A stretch of 64,000 nt of DNA. Origin: an uncultured Candidatus Saccharibacteria bacterium (GTDB taxonomy: Bacteria; Patescibacteriota; Minisyncoccia; Minisyncoccales; Staskawiczbacteraceae). A program made the position numbers and the translations under genes. The notes beneath the pieces were generated by a model. That model was not told where the DNA came from. It made no database searches and saw nothing but the letters and a program-made list of their open reading frames with translations. The DNA lies in contig CAZREI010000002.1 in the NCBI GenBank assembly GCA_964599285.1, positions 9,955 to 73,954 of the forward strand. The letters run 5' to 3'. Below, piece by piece: positions 31,947 through 42,593 of the stretch. Position 1 is the first letter of the stretch, and each line of letters opens with the position of its first letter.

Positions 31947-32981
31947 CTACGACAGTGACTCCGCTCCCGCGATGATTTCAATAATTTGGTTTGTAATGGC
32001 TGACTGGCGGCTCTTATTGTATTGCAAATTCAGGGCTTGGCCCAAATCGCCGGCGTTGTCTGACGCTGTTTTCATGGCCATTCTGCGAACGGCGTGTTCG
32101 GACGCGTTGGCTTCCAAAATAATATGATACATTTGCATAAAAAACAAATGCTTTGTTAGGCGTTCCAATACTTTTTCCGGTGAAGGCTCAATTAAATATT
32201 CCCTTGCCCTGTTAAATTGTCCCGTTTTTATCGGGACACCGCTTTGAGCGGATTTAACAGGGTGAACTCTATTTTCTCCTGGTGCAAAACTTAAACCTTG
32301 CTCTTTTATTAATTCAGCAAATTTTCCGGTTTGGGGTATCAATTCTTGCACTGTTTCTTTAATATGATCAAAGTCAATGGGTAAAATTCTTCTGACATGC
32401 GGTTCTTGCTTTAGGGCTGACCTAAAATGGGTGGAAATTACCACAACCCGATCCCACGATTTATCCAAATAACCTTGTACAATAAAATCGGTTAAGGGCT
32501 GGACTTGCTCAAGTGTGGTAAAATCCCCCACTTGGGTAAACTTTTTCAGTCCTGTGGTTTTGACTACAGGACTAAGTTTTTTTGATAAATACTGGAAAGC
32601 TTTTTCCCCTACCGCTACATAAGACTTTTCCTCGTTTTTATATTTTTCTTTGTCGCGTTCCATGTGCTGTTCAAACTTTTTAAACACCGAACTATTAAAC
32701 GCACCTGCCAACCCCTTGTCCGAAGCCACCAAAACAAACAATACTTTTTTGACGCGCCGCTGTTTTAGTAATTCCGGCAATTCCAATTTGGCCGATTTTT
32801 CCATCAGCGTCAAACTGGCGAGCAAATCCAAAGCCACAAAAGCGTAAGGGCGCGAAGCCAGCGCGATTTCCTGCGATCGGCGCATCTTGGTGGCAGCCAC
32901 CAGTTCCATGGCCTTGGTAATTTTATTAATATTACCAATGCTTTTGATTCTCTTTTTTAAGTTTTGTACCGAATCTGGCAT
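31947..32981 (-). CDS. atpG: ATP synthase gamma
   Basis: KITKAMELVA, SDKGLAG, RQSAIT. Confidence 0.97.
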   Translation of the reverse strand: MPDSVQNLKKRIKSIGNINKITKAMELVAATKMRRSQEIALASRPYAFVALDLLASLTLMEKSAKLELPELLKQRRVKKVLFVLVASDKGLAGAFNSSVFKKFEQHMERDKEKYKNEEKSYVAVGEKAFQYLSKKLSPVVKTTGLKKFTQVGDFTTLEQVQPLTDFIVQGYLDKSWDRVVVISTHFRSALKQEPHVRRILPIDFDHIKETVQELIPQTGKFAELIKEQGLSFAPGENRVHPVKSAQSGVPIKTGQFNRAREYLIEPSPEKVLERLTKHLFFMQMYHIILEANASEHAVRRMAMKTASDNAGDLGQALNLQYNKSRQSAITNQIIEIIAGAESLS

Positions 32982-33056
32982 ACTTGACAATAATTTACTA
33001 TGGGTATATACTTAAGCTGTGGTAGTTCGAAATACTGCTTGTTCAAGGAGAGTGTT

Positions 33057-33254
33057 ATGCCGCAGGTTCTTCTCACGAGCACTCGATCAAATATCGCTGA
33101 GTATGTAACGAGAGGCGAGGGAGACGTCGGGGTGATGTTGTTCAACATCATCCTGAATACCGAACGGTCTGAGGACGGGTTACGATACGTCACCCACATC
33201 GTCCACGATGGAATCCTGGACGTTATCTTCCGAAAAGAAGAAAGACCTCAATAA
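33057..33254 (+). CDS. orphan small protein in an antisense cassette between atpA and atpG
   Basis: TTGACA-17-TATACT (32984-33012), AAGGAG SD, terminator 33268-33298. Confidence 0.62.
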   Translation: MPQVLLTSTRSNIAEYVTRGEGDVGVMLFNIILNTERSEDGLRYVTHIVHDGILDVIFRKEERPQ

Positions 33255-33305
33255 CAATGTGCTTTAGGGCGCCGGAATGCAAACGGCGCCGTTTTTTTAC
33301 AAATT

Positions 33306-34862
33306 TTACTTCACGCTTTCCACAAATTTTTCAATTACTTCCTTTAATTTTCCTTCAATTTCATCGGTAATTGCCCGTTCTTTTTTCAATGAATCCAATA
33401 AATCTCCATGCAAATCTTTTACGTATTCCAAAAACTTGGCTTCTATTTTTTGGATTTCTTCCGGTTGGAATTTATTAAAATAGCCATTCAGCGCGGCATA
33501 CAACACTAACACCTGTTCTTCAAACGGCATTGGCGCCAAGTCCGATTGCTTCAGCACTTCGGTAATGATTCTGCCTTTTTGGATTCTTGCTTTGGTGGCT
33601 TCGTCAACATCGCTGGCAAACTGCACAAAGGTTTGAAGTTCGCGAAACTGCGCCAATTCTAATCTTAATTTTCCGGCCACTTTTTTCATGGCTTTGGTTT
33701 GGGCTGATGAACCAACGCGCGAAACCGACAACCCCACGTTTACCGCCGGCCGCGTGCCTTGGTAAAATAAATCAGATTCCAAATAAATTTGCCCGTCAGT
33801 GATAGAAATTACGTTGGTGGGAATGTAAGCGGTAACGTCGCCAAGTTGGGTTTCAATAATGGGAATGGCGGTTAGCGAGCCTCCCCCATTTTCCTTTGAT
33901 AATTTGGCGGCTCTTTCTAATAATCGCGAATGTAAATAAAACACATCGCCCGGATAGGCTTCTCTTCCTGGCGGACGACGCAATAAAAGCGAAATTTGCC
34001 GATAGGCCCAGGCGTGTTTTGACAAATCGTCGTAAATAATCAGCGCGTCTTGTCCTTTGTCGCGGAAGTATTCGCCAATGGCCGCTCCCGCAAACGGCGC
34101 CAAGTACCAACTGGATGCCGGACTTGAAGCCGGCGCTGAAACCACCACTGTATTTTCAAAAGCATTATTTTTTTTGAGCGTTTCTACAATTTTGGCAATC
34201 TTACTTTCCTTCTGTCCAACCGCAACATAGATGCTGATGACTGGCTTGTCGCTGGACTTTGACTGGTTGATGATCATGTCCAAAGCAATGGCGGTTTTTC
34301 CGGTTTGGCGGTCGCCGATGACAAGTTCGCGCTGGCCGCGGCCAATGGGAATCATAGAATCAATGGCTTTAATCCCTGTGTGCAACGGATAATTTACCGA
34401 TTCGCGTGCCAATACATTGGGCGCATCATTTTCCAAAAAATTATATTGAGGTTTTTGCGCGGCTGAAAAAAGCGGCCCTTTACCGTCCAACGGATTTCCC
34501 AGAGGGTCCACCACTCGTCCCAATAATTCTTTGCCCACCGGAATTGATAGTAATTGTTTGGTTCTTTTTACGGTTTGACCCGATGTAATTCCAGTTGATT
34601 CGCCCAAAACCAAAGCTCCCACCGAATCTTCTTCCAAGTTTAAAACCACCGCTTTTACTTTGCTTTGGCTCGCCGAAGCCTTGGCGGAGGAGGCTGTCCC
34701 AATCTCAATGGTTAAAACCTCTTGCGACTGCACATTAGTCAGTCCTGAAATTTTTACAATGCCGTCACCCACTTCGGTGACAATACCAATTTCCTCCCAT
34801 TTGGGGTCGTCTTTATAGCCTTCAATGGCCTGCTTTAATTTATCTAAAATTTCTTGAGACAT
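33306..34862 (-). CDS. atpA: ATP synthase alpha
   Basis: [18 protein letters not shown]. Confidence 0.99.
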   Translation of the reverse strand: MSQEILDKLKQAIEGYKDDPKWEEIGIVTEVGDGIVKISGLTNVQSQEVLTIEIGTASSAKASASQSKVKAVVLNLEEDSVGALVLGESTGITSGQTVKRTKQLLSIPVGKELLGRVVDPLGNPLDGKGPLFSAAQKPQYNFLENDAPNVLARESVNYPLHTGIKAIDSMIPIGRGQRELVIGDRQTGKTAIALDMIINQSKSSDKPVISIYVAVGQKESKIAKIVETLKKNNAFENTVVVSAPASSPASSWYLAPFAGAAIGEYFRDKGQDALIIYDDLSKHAWAYRQISLLLRRPPGREAYPGDVFYLHSRLLERAAKLSKENGGGSLTAIPIIETQLGDVTAYIPTNVISITDGQIYLESDLFYQGTRPAVNVGLSVSRVGSSAQTKAMKKVAGKLRLELAQFRELQTFVQFASDVDEATKARIQKGRIITEVLKQSDLAPMPFEEQVLVLYAALNGYFNKFQPEEIQKIEAKFLEYVKDLHGDLLDSLKKERAITDEIEGKLKEVIEKFVESVK

Positions 34863-34967
34863 AATGGTAATGCAAATCTACGAATTTAATGCGAATGCCG
34901 CGAATATGCAAATTCGCGGATTAGCAATTTTGTAGATTAGCATGAGATTTGTAGATTTGCATTGCCC

Positions 34968-35330
34968 TTAAAAAATACTGTCCAGTTTATTTTTTAACGA
35001 AAAGTCCAATTGCCTATTCCCATCAACCACGATTTTCACCCCAGCTATCAATGCGGGATTTATTTTTTCTTCAACCATATCACCCTTTTTAATAAAAGAC
35101 TTGGCCGCGTCCTTGGCGTTTATTTTTCGCGCGGTTTCCAGGGCAATCTTTTTATTTCCTGTTTTTTGTAAAAGCAGTTTTTGGGCCAAAGCTATTATTT
35201 CCCGAAACTTTTTCATATCACCATTTCGTTCCAAAAGCTTTAAAAAGTTATTTACCACTTTTTTGTCTTCAGTGCTTGTATCCAAATCTACCAGGGCTTT
35301 GGCGTATGCTTTCGCTTTGTACTTACTCAT
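34968..35330 (-). CDS. atpH: ATP synthase delta (short)
   Basis: YAKAL, INPALIAG, D.SLK; operon position. Confidence 0.88.
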   Translation of the reverse strand: MSKYKAKAYAKALVDLDTSTEDKKVVNNFLKLLERNGDMKKFREIIALAQKLLLQKTGNKKIALETARKINAKDAAKSFIKKGDMVEEKINPALIAGVKIVVDGNRQLDFSLKNKLDSIF

Positions 35331-35349
35331 AGTCTTTTATTTGTGCTGT

Positions 35350-35511
35350 TAGACCTGTTGCGAAATAAGGATTTACTGCAAATTGTATATGTCGGCCGCA
35401 AATGTGCCATAATTTTTTACCGCACCGCAGAGGGTGCGCTAAAAAATTCTATCACATTTCCAGCTCAACATCTTCAATTTTCGTACGAATCCTTATTTCG
35501 CAACAGGTCTA
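35350..35511. mobile_element. MITE with perfect 24-bp terminal inverted repeats
   Basis: tagacctgttgcgaaataaggatt / aatccttatttcgcaacaggtcta. Confidence 0.75.
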
Positions 35512-35989
35512 CCGCTTTTTTTATGAGCGCCTCGTCTACGGCTTCCGGTTTTAATTCCACGGTTTTTATCAATGTTTTTTTGACTAGCTCCAAAGCCTGG
35601 CTAAACACCAATTGCTTGGTTTCTTCCTGCTGTTTTTTGTAACCGTCTTCAATCTGCGCCATCAATTCTTTTTGATGGTCTTCTGCCTTTTTTTGCAAGG
35701 ATTGTTTTAGGGCTTCGGCTTTTTGCTCGGTGGTTTTGATGATGTGCATAGCCCCCGCATCGGCTTCTTGCAGTTTATGCTTGGCAATCTGGTCAACTTC
35801 TCGCAGGCGAATATCAGCTTGCTCGGCTTTTTGCAGGCCTTCTTGTATGGTATCCCTGCGCTTTTTTATCATTGCTAAAAGCGGCTTATAAACAAACAGC
35901 CGCAAGATGATCAAAAGGATAAAAAAATTAACGGCCTGGCTCAAAAAAAGCTGCCAATTTACACCGAGATTATCTAATAAGGAATTCAT
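35474..35989 (-). CDS. atpF: ATP synthase subunit b
   Basis: QAVNF.IL..YKP..KRR. Confidence 0.93.
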   Translation of the reverse strand: MNSLLDNLGVNWQLFLSQAVNFFILLIILRLFVYKPLLAMIKKRRDTIQEGLQKAEQADIRLREVDQIAKHKLQEADAGAMHIIKTTEQKAEALKQSLQKKAEDHQKELMAQIEDGYKKQQEETKQLVFSQALELVKKTLIKTVELKPEAVDEALIKKAVDLLRNKDSYEN

Positions 35990-36086
35990 TTGCTACTCTT
36001 TAAGGCTACGAAATACGAATTTTTTACGAATATACGAAATTAAAACGCTCGCATTCGTATATTCGTATGCAATTCGTATTTCGTAG

Positions 36087-36332
<246 letters not shown>

Positions 36333-36423
36333 TTACGAATGTAGTACGAATATACGAAAGTCAGACGCCCACATTCGTATATTCGTAAAAAATTCGTATT
36401 TCGTAGCCTAATTAATATTAAAC

Positions 36424-37155
36424 TTAATGACTTTCAATGGCGGTATGTAGGGAAATTGAAACCAGGGTGAGCATGGCAAAGACAAACGACTGGATTAATC
36501 CTACAAAAATTTCCAGAAATAAAAATGGCAGCGGGACTACATACGGAACCAAGAAAAACACAATGGTCAGCAATACTTCACCGGCAAACACATTGCCAAA
36601 CAACCGAAACGACAGCGAAATAATTTTAGCAAATTCTGAAACCAGTTCCAAAATTCCAATGAAAAATTTTATGGGATTTTGGAAATTGATAAATTTGCTA
36701 ATGTGCGGCAAAACGCCCACCGCCATCATCCCCAACAAGTTAGTGACAATCACGGAAATGACCGCAAAGGCCAGGGTGAAATTTAAATCAGCGGCCGGAG
36801 ACCTAAACAGTGAAACTTCCCTGCCTCCGTTTTGGATGTACAGCGACCCGACGCCGGGCAAAATTCCCGACAGATTGCAAATCATGATGAAAATAAAAAT
36901 GGTGGCGATGAGCGGAAAATATTGCTCGGCTTTTTTTATGGATCCCAACATCCCTTCCATTAGGCCCAAGAGCCACTCAAAGCCCATTTCCACCACCGAC
37001 TGGACCGCGCCCGGAACGATTTGGATTTTGCGATAGAAAAGAGCCGCGCCGGCCATCAGGATCAGTGAAACTACGAACGTGGAAAACAAGCTATTAGTGA
37101 AAGCAAAATGGCCAATTGAAAATATTTCCTGCGCTTTTAGAGAAATTTCCTCCAT
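36424..37155 (-). CDS. atpB: ATP synthase subunit a
   Basis: SLSFRLFGN, IQSFVFAML. Confidence 0.97.
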   Translation of the reverse strand: MEEISLKAQEIFSIGHFAFTNSLFSTFVVSLILMAGAALFYRKIQIVPGAVQSVVEMGFEWLLGLMEGMLGSIKKAEQYFPLIATIFIFIMICNLSGILPGVGSLYIQNGGREVSLFRSPAADLNFTLAFAVISVIVTNLLGMMAVGVLPHISKFINFQNPIKFFIGILELVSEFAKIISLSFRLFGNVFAGEVLLTIVFFLVPYVVPLPFLFLEIFVGLIQSFVFAMLTLVSISLHTAIESH

Positions 37156-37234
37156 ATCAAAACATCATAGTATACTATTTTGTTTTTTACAATACGCGCG
37201 GCGGCCTTTTGGCCGCCGCGCGTATATTACAAAA

Positions 37235-37720
37235 TCAAAGTTCTGGCGCCGAAGAAACCCTTCTATATTCCAACCAAGTTAATACCACCATCACCATATC
37301 CAAGAGCGTAAAAACCAGCAACAGTCCCGAATGGCGGACGAAAAAACGGTAAACCTGATAGACAATAAAAAAACTGTGAAAGATAATGGCCGCCGGATAC
37401 GCCCATCGCTTGCCTTTGAGCAAGGCAACGACCAAAAAAATGTTAACCAGGCCGTAAAACAAAAAGTAAAAAGCAATAAAATTTTTGGTGCTGGCTGAAA
37501 AGTTATCGGCTTGCCAGGTCAGGTATCCGGTCAGGTATTCCGAATGGTTGATGATGCGACGCTCGGTAATCCAAATGATGGCGTTGTAAATAGTTTCGGT
37601 CTTAAATAAAAAAAACAAGGCGCCAATCACGATTTCCCAGACGCCGTTGATTCCTTTGACCAAAATGACCGCTTCGAAAAGTTCATGGAGAATAGTGTTT
37701 TGCCAAAATTTTTTTATCAT
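37235..37720 (-). CDS. DUF2127-like membrane protein
   Basis: KGING..EI, WAYP, ends EY. Confidence 0.78.
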   Translation of the reverse strand: MIKKFWQNTILHELFEAVILVKGINGVWEIVIGALFFLFKTETIYNAIIWITERRIINHSEYLTGYLTWQADNFSASTKNFIAFYFLFYGLVNIFLVVALLKGKRWAYPAAIIFHSFFIVYQVYRFFVRHSGLLLVFTLLDMVMVVLTWLEYRRVSSAPEL

Positions 37721-37731
37721 GTAACATTGGG

Positions 37732-38112
37732 TTATCGTGCTGCCAATTTTTCTTTTGCCCGGGCGACAATATTACTGATGCGCATGTCGGACTTTACAAT
37801 GTAATCAGCTCCCAACGATATATCAATAGCTTCGCTGACGTGCCCCTGGTCGCTTAAATTAGTCAGAAAAATCATCTTAGTTTCAATCCCCGCTTCTTTT
37901 ATTTTTTTAGCCATGGTGATGCCGTCCATGATGGGCAAGTTGATGTCTATCATCATCAGGTCCGGATGCTCTTTTTGAGCCATGTCAAAACCTTCTTGGC
38001 CGTCTTTGGCAAATGCCATGGAAAATCCGGTACCGGCGAAAGCCTGCTCCAAAAGCCAGGAAAAATCCTTGTCGTCTTCCACAATGAGAATTTTTTTAAG
38101 CTGTTTATTCAT
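37732..38112 (-). CDS. single-domain response regulator
   Basis: ILIVEDD, DINLP.MDG, YIVK. Confidence 0.92.
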   Translation of the reverse strand: MNKQLKKILIVEDDKDFSWLLEQAFAGTGFSMAFAKDGQEGFDMAQKEHPDLMMIDINLPIMDGITMAKKIKEAGIETKMIFLTNLSDQGHVSEAIDISLGADYIVKSDMRISNIVARAKEKLAAR

Positions 38113-38120
38113 GGAGATTA

Positions 38121-38522
38121 TTAATCTTTTTTATCAAGCTCTTTTGTCACCATGTCCGCCAGTTCCGTGGGAGTAATGCTGGATTTAAGCAAACATTTGT
38201 CGGGCTTGATGTACTGCATATTCTGCAGGGAATCGCTGGTGTAGTTGCTTAAAATAAAAACGATGAGATTTTTGGTTTGGTCGTTTTCGCGGATAGCCCG
38301 CAACACTTCCAGCCCGTTAATATCGGGCAGAGCCAGGTCAAGCAATACCAGCGAAGGATTTTCTTCCTTTTTTTCCTGCACCTTTTTTAACTTTTCCATG
38401 GTTTCCTTGCCCGTACTCATTCCTTCCACCAAAAAACCGGCGTGGGCCAATGCCGTTTTGTTGATGTACATGATGTCTAGTTCGTCTTCAATGAGCCAAA
38501 TTTTTTGTTTTGATTTTATCAT
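38121..38522 (-). CDS. single-domain response regulator
   Basis: LIEDE, LLDLALPDING. Confidence 0.92.
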   Translation of the reverse strand: MIKSKQKIWLIEDELDIMYINKTALAHAGFLVEGMSTGKETMEKLKKVQEKKEENPSLVLLDLALPDINGLEVLRAIRENDQTKNLIVFILSNYTSDSLQNMQYIKPDKCLLKSSITPTELADMVTKELDKKD

Positions 38523-38525
38523 GAG

Positions 38526-38657
38526 TAGTTTTTGGTTTTAGGTTCCGGCCGCGCCGCCCGTTGGGCGGCGCGGCCTATTAGTTAAAGTTCTTTAGTTTTT
38601 AGTTTTAAAACTGGAAACTTTTTCAAACTTCAACTTTAAACTATCAACTAATAACTG
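38526..38657. repeat. TAGTTT/AAACT palindrome (family K) with nested GC hairpin; also 51047-51178 and, inverted, 53828-53922
   Basis: shared arms; nested ggccgcgccgccc..gggcggcgcggcc. Confidence 0.85.
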
Positions 38658-38670
38658 CGTTACTATAATC

Positions 38671-40404
38671 TTACCCTATCGGCAGCTCAATGTAAAAAGT
38701 GGATCCCTGGTTTTCGCCCTTGGACTCTGCCCAAATCTTGCCGTTATGAGCTTTGATAATTTGCGTTGCCAGATACAAACCGATGCCGCTGCCAGAAGCA
38801 ACATCCTTGGCCTTTTGATCCCGCTCAAACACGCGGTCAAACAAAGTTTTTAGGCTTTCGGGTGTCATGCCAATACCCGTATCGGCAATGGTAATTAAAA
38901 TGGCGTTTTTGGAATTTTCGTTTTTTGGATTTTCATTGGAAATTGGTAATTGGGAATTGGAATTTATTTTCACCGTCACGCTTCCCTTCGGCGTGTACTT
39001 TATAGAATTATCAATGACATTGAAAATGGCTGCTTTTAATTTTTCTCGGTCGGCGGTGATGCTTACGTCCTTGGCCATTTTTTCCAGCTTCAACACAACC
39101 CCTTTTGATTCGGCCTTAAACGAAAGTTCGTTTACAATTTCATCCAACATTGGTGAAATCGCAATGCCAGGCTTTAATGTTACCGGATTTTTGCCCAACT
39201 GAAACTGCGTCACATCCAAAAAATTGTTGACTTTACGAATCATGTTTTGCGCCACGGCTTGCATTTTTTTGATGACCTCCAGCGTTTTTTTGTTCTGCTT
39301 GCCAAAGGTACCATTAAGCAACAGGTCGGAGTAGCCCATGATGGAAGTCAGCGGCGTTCGCAAATCGTGCTGGGTATTTTGCACAAACTGGTTTTTGATT
39401 TTATCCAACTTTTCCAGTTCTTCATTGGCCTTTTTTTCAACCAGGTAGGCCCGGTCAATATTTTCCTTGGCCCGCTTTTCCGTAACATAAGCGCGCCGAA
39501 CATCCTCAGCCATAGCGGCAATCTTCTCCCGCTGCTGCACCTCCCTCAAAACCCCGCGAATCAATAAAATGCCAAAGATAAGTACTGACAAAAAAACCGA
39601 AGACCGGTAGAAGATGACAACCAAAGAATCCGCCTGAGTGATTTCTAAAAAAGTAACCACCGAAAGTGCGAAGACCAAAGCCGCAGTTCCAATAACTCTG
39701 ATATTGAATAATTTATGCCTAATGATTGCGTAGGAAGTAAATAAAATAAATGGAAAAACAAATAAAGAACCGAATGGTGCAAATCTGGGATTACCAAACA
39801 CTGTTGGTAATATTAAATTAAATAAAATGTGCAAAACAAAAGTAATAGTTACACCTGTAAGCAATAATCTTAACTCACTTTTTTCCGTCGTATTAGTTGC
39901 TTTGATTAATTTTCTACACAATAAATAAATTGCATAGACTATTAAAAAGATAACCGTAATACCAAAAATAATAACACCAAAACCATTGCTAACTTTTTCT
40001 ATTCCTCCACTTTCTGAAAACTGGGTAACGCGCTCAAAAACAAATGGCGTCAAAGTTAGTAAGGTACTTAAAACTACCGCAGGAAGAACAAGTAAATAAT
40101 AAACTTTTGGAAATGAGATTTTTTCTTGAGGGAAAATATAAAAAAGCCTATAAAGAAAAAAGCAATACAAAATTGCAAAAAAAACATGGGCTCTTAAAAC
40201 CCAAATGGCTATATTTGATGGTAATGGTTGAAATATAAGATAATTTAAAATACCCCAAGGGATAGTTGAAATAACGAATGTGAAAAACGCACGATTTACC
40301 GCGCTCTTACTATTACTCAAAATAACAGTAAAACCCAAAACTCCATTTGCTGCTAATGCAATGCCAACAAATAATAGATCAAAATTTTGAAAATAATCAG
40401 TCAT
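38671..40404 (-). CDS. histidine kinase with N-terminal multi-TM sensor
   Basis: HDLRTPL, DNSIKYT, DTGIG, GSGIGL; about 8 TMs. Confidence 0.95.
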   Translation of the reverse strand: MTDYFQNFDLLFVGIALAANGVLGFTVILSNSKSAVNRAFFTFVISTIPWGILNYLIFQPLPSNIAIWVLRAHVFFAILYCFFLYRLFYIFPQEKISFPKVYYLLVLPAVVLSTLLTLTPFVFERVTQFSESGGIEKVSNGFGVIIFGITVIFLIVYAIYLLCRKLIKATNTTEKSELRLLLTGVTITFVLHILFNLILPTVFGNPRFAPFGSLFVFPFILFTSYAIIRHKLFNIRVIGTAALVFALSVVTFLEITQADSLVVIFYRSSVFLSVLIFGILLIRGVLREVQQREKIAAMAEDVRRAYVTEKRAKENIDRAYLVEKKANEELEKLDKIKNQFVQNTQHDLRTPLTSIMGYSDLLLNGTFGKQNKKTLEVIKKMQAVAQNMIRKVNNFLDVTQFQLGKNPVTLKPGIAISPMLDEIVNELSFKAESKGVVLKLEKMAKDVSITADREKLKAAIFNVIDNSIKYTPKGSVTVKINSNSQLPISNENPKNENSKNAILITIADTGIGMTPESLKTLFDRVFERDQKAKDVASGSGIGLYLATQIIKAHNGKIWAESKGENQGSTFYIELPIG

Positions 40405-40407
40405 AGA

Positions 40408-41481
40408 CTAAAGCCACTGAATTTCTGGTTTCTTTTTCAAGGATTGGGCAGTCGGCGGAGCGGCGTACCCTATCCTAAAACTAAAAGTTGGAATTCTTCC
40501 TGAAGTACTAAAAATTTTCACAATATTTTGATAAGCTTTTTTTATAAACACTACCTGATTTGGTGTAAATTCTTCTGGAGTTTCCTCCTGCATCCTCTGT
40601 CCTATATATAAAAGGCCTGCTGACACTGGTTGGAAACTTAGTCCTAAAGAAGTCACGGTAAGCCAAAATAATTGAAGAATTCTTCCAGTTTCAATAAAGT
40701 CTTTAGGTAAATCACTTTTAGCAACAATTAAACCTATCGCAGAGCAGTTACAATAGAGCTCTTCTCTCTTTTTTGCAGCTTTTACTGATATCTTAAATTT
40801 ATTTAGTATCTTTAAAATATTCCAATTACTAAACAGGTATTTAAATATAATTCGCATTAAAAATGGGAGCTCCTTAGTCCCGACATACAAACCTTCTCGT
40901 TTCTTTTTCTCTTCTTCTACGGTCCAGCTTACTTTTGCAAAAAAAGCTTTATGAATATCAAAGTTTTCAAAAATTAATCTATCCGCCATACTAAACGAAC
41001 CTGAAAGATTGCTTATATCTTCAACATTCTGTTTTAATAAAATCTCTAATCCTGAATTTTTTATTGATTCACAAAATGCTTTTATTGACTTTTCGTCCTC
41101 CTGTTTGAGGGGGATCTTTTTGTAAGGTTTTCTATTTGTAGCACGCTTCAAAATAAAAGGAAAAAGATAATTATAAGGATATTTGATATCACTTTTTTCA
41201 AAACTTATTTCTGCAACTAAATCAACTTCATTTTCTTTTGGAAACAAAGTTAAGTTCCCTCTATACCCTTTTTCTGATGCAGTAATTAAAATATTCTCAA
41301 TTAAGGCTCCGTGAGCAATAAACGATCCTCTTTGTTGATAATTAAATAAGAATTTATCCTTATTAGGAAGATTCCATAGAAAAATTTTATTATCGCTGAC
41401 AACAAATCTCCATGGCTGGGAATTATTTCCAGATGGAGCGTTTACGGCAATATTCAAAATTTCATTAATTATTCCTTTCAT
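40408..41481 (-). CDS. nitroreductase-like (Acg/TyzC-type) protein
   Basis: APSGNNSQPW, RATNR, GR..Q.FWL. Confidence 0.85.
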   Translation of the reverse strand: MKGIINEILNIAVNAPSGNNSQPWRFVVSDNKIFLWNLPNKDKFLFNYQQRGSFIAHGALIENILITASEKGYRGNLTLFPKENEVDLVAEISFEKSDIKYPYNYLFPFILKRATNRKPYKKIPLKQEDEKSIKAFCESIKNSGLEILLKQNVEDISNLSGSFSMADRLIFENFDIHKAFFAKVSWTVEEEKKKREGLYVGTKELPFLMRIIFKYLFSNWNILKILNKFKISVKAAKKREELYCNCSAIGLIVAKSDLPKDFIETGRILQLFWLTVTSLGLSFQPVSAGLLYIGQRMQEETPEEFTPNQVVFIKKAYQNIVKIFSTSGRIPTFSFRIGYAAPPTAQSLKKKPEIQWL

Positions 41482-41484
41482 CAA

Positions 41485-42564
41485 CTATCGTGAAATAAAA
41501 TCATCGAATGTCACCCGACTCCTTCCGCTTTTCACAGGCTCTCCAAGAGCAATCTTTCTGGCAATAAAACACGCAATACCAGAAGCTATGGTTACCGTGC
41601 TCATCAGCTGAGGCCTTCCCACTAAAGTTTTGCCGATCTCTTTTACCGAATCCATCACTTTTGGTGGAATATTCTGGGGCCCTACAATCTGCACTACATA
41701 TTTATTGACTTCTGCTTTAGGAACTTTGCCTTGCAACAAATCATCTAAGATTTTTTCCTCAACCATTCCATTAAATATTTTGGTATCTAGGTCATTGTCA
41801 TAGCGCTCCACATCAATGAGTACAGAGTCTCCAATACTGGTAAGCATGACCACGGGAATTTTTTGTTTTTTAGCTTCTTTCCTAAGTAAAATTTTCAATT
41901 CCAGATCATCAATAATTTCAAATACTAAATTTGTTTTTTGCTTGCCACCTAAAAAATCACCCATAGTTTCTTTGGTAAGACCTTTTTCAAACGGTATTAC
42001 ATTTACATAGGGATCTAACTCATATAACTGCTTGCTGATAATATCTATTTTTGGAGATCCCACGTCAGAAAGCTTTCCCCTCACCCTATTTAAATTGGTT
42101 GTTTCCAGAGTATCAAAATCAGCAATTTTTATATGTTTTGGAAACCCATTATATAAAAGTGTTGTGGCAATATTTCCTCCCACGGAAAGACCGGCAATGG
42201 CAATGGTAAAATTCCGTAACTTTTGTTGCTCTTCCGCAGTAATAATATTTCTATTGCGATTTGTTCGCAATGCGTCATTTTCTTGTTCTGAAAGTGTATG
42301 TAAAAGGACATTGCTCCAGGGATAATAGATCCAATCGCCAAGTAAATCTTGATCTTCTTGAGTTTTTATTTTTTTGAATACTAAGAATTCTTTATTAAAT
42401 TCTTCTTTCCCTGCAATGTGCGCATTTCTTATCTCAAAAAACTCTTTTAGTTGTTGTAAATAAACATCAACTACTTTGGGTTTATATTTATCTTCAAGAT
42501 TAGTAATTTCTTTTTCAGTGTATGCGCCCTCTTTTAAAATAGTGGGGTTTTTTAAATTATCCAT
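41485..42564 (-). CDS. ThiF/MoeB-family adenylyltransferase (Rv1355c/MoeY-like)
   Basis: W.YYPW, RTNRN, IAGLSVG, ADFD.LE.TNLNR, DVERYD, PQL. Confidence 0.9.
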   Translation of the reverse strand: MDNLKNPTILKEGAYTEKEITNLEDKYKPKVVDVYLQQLKEFFEIRNAHIAGKEEFNKEFLVFKKIKTQEDQDLLGDWIYYPWSNVLLHTLSEQENDALRTNRNRNIITAEEQQKLRNFTIAIAGLSVGGNIATTLLYNGFPKHIKIADFDTLETTNLNRVRGKLSDVGSPKIDIISKQLYELDPYVNVIPFEKGLTKETMGDFLGGKQKTNLVFEIIDDLELKILLRKEAKKQKIPVVMLTSIGDSVLIDVERYDNDLDTKIFNGMVEEKILDDLLQGKVPKAEVNKYVVQIVGPQNIPPKVMDSVKEIGKTLVGRPQLMSTVTIASGIACFIARKIALGEPVKSGRSRVTFDDFISR

Positions 42565-42593
42565 TCTATTATGTCGAGTTATATTTTAAAACT

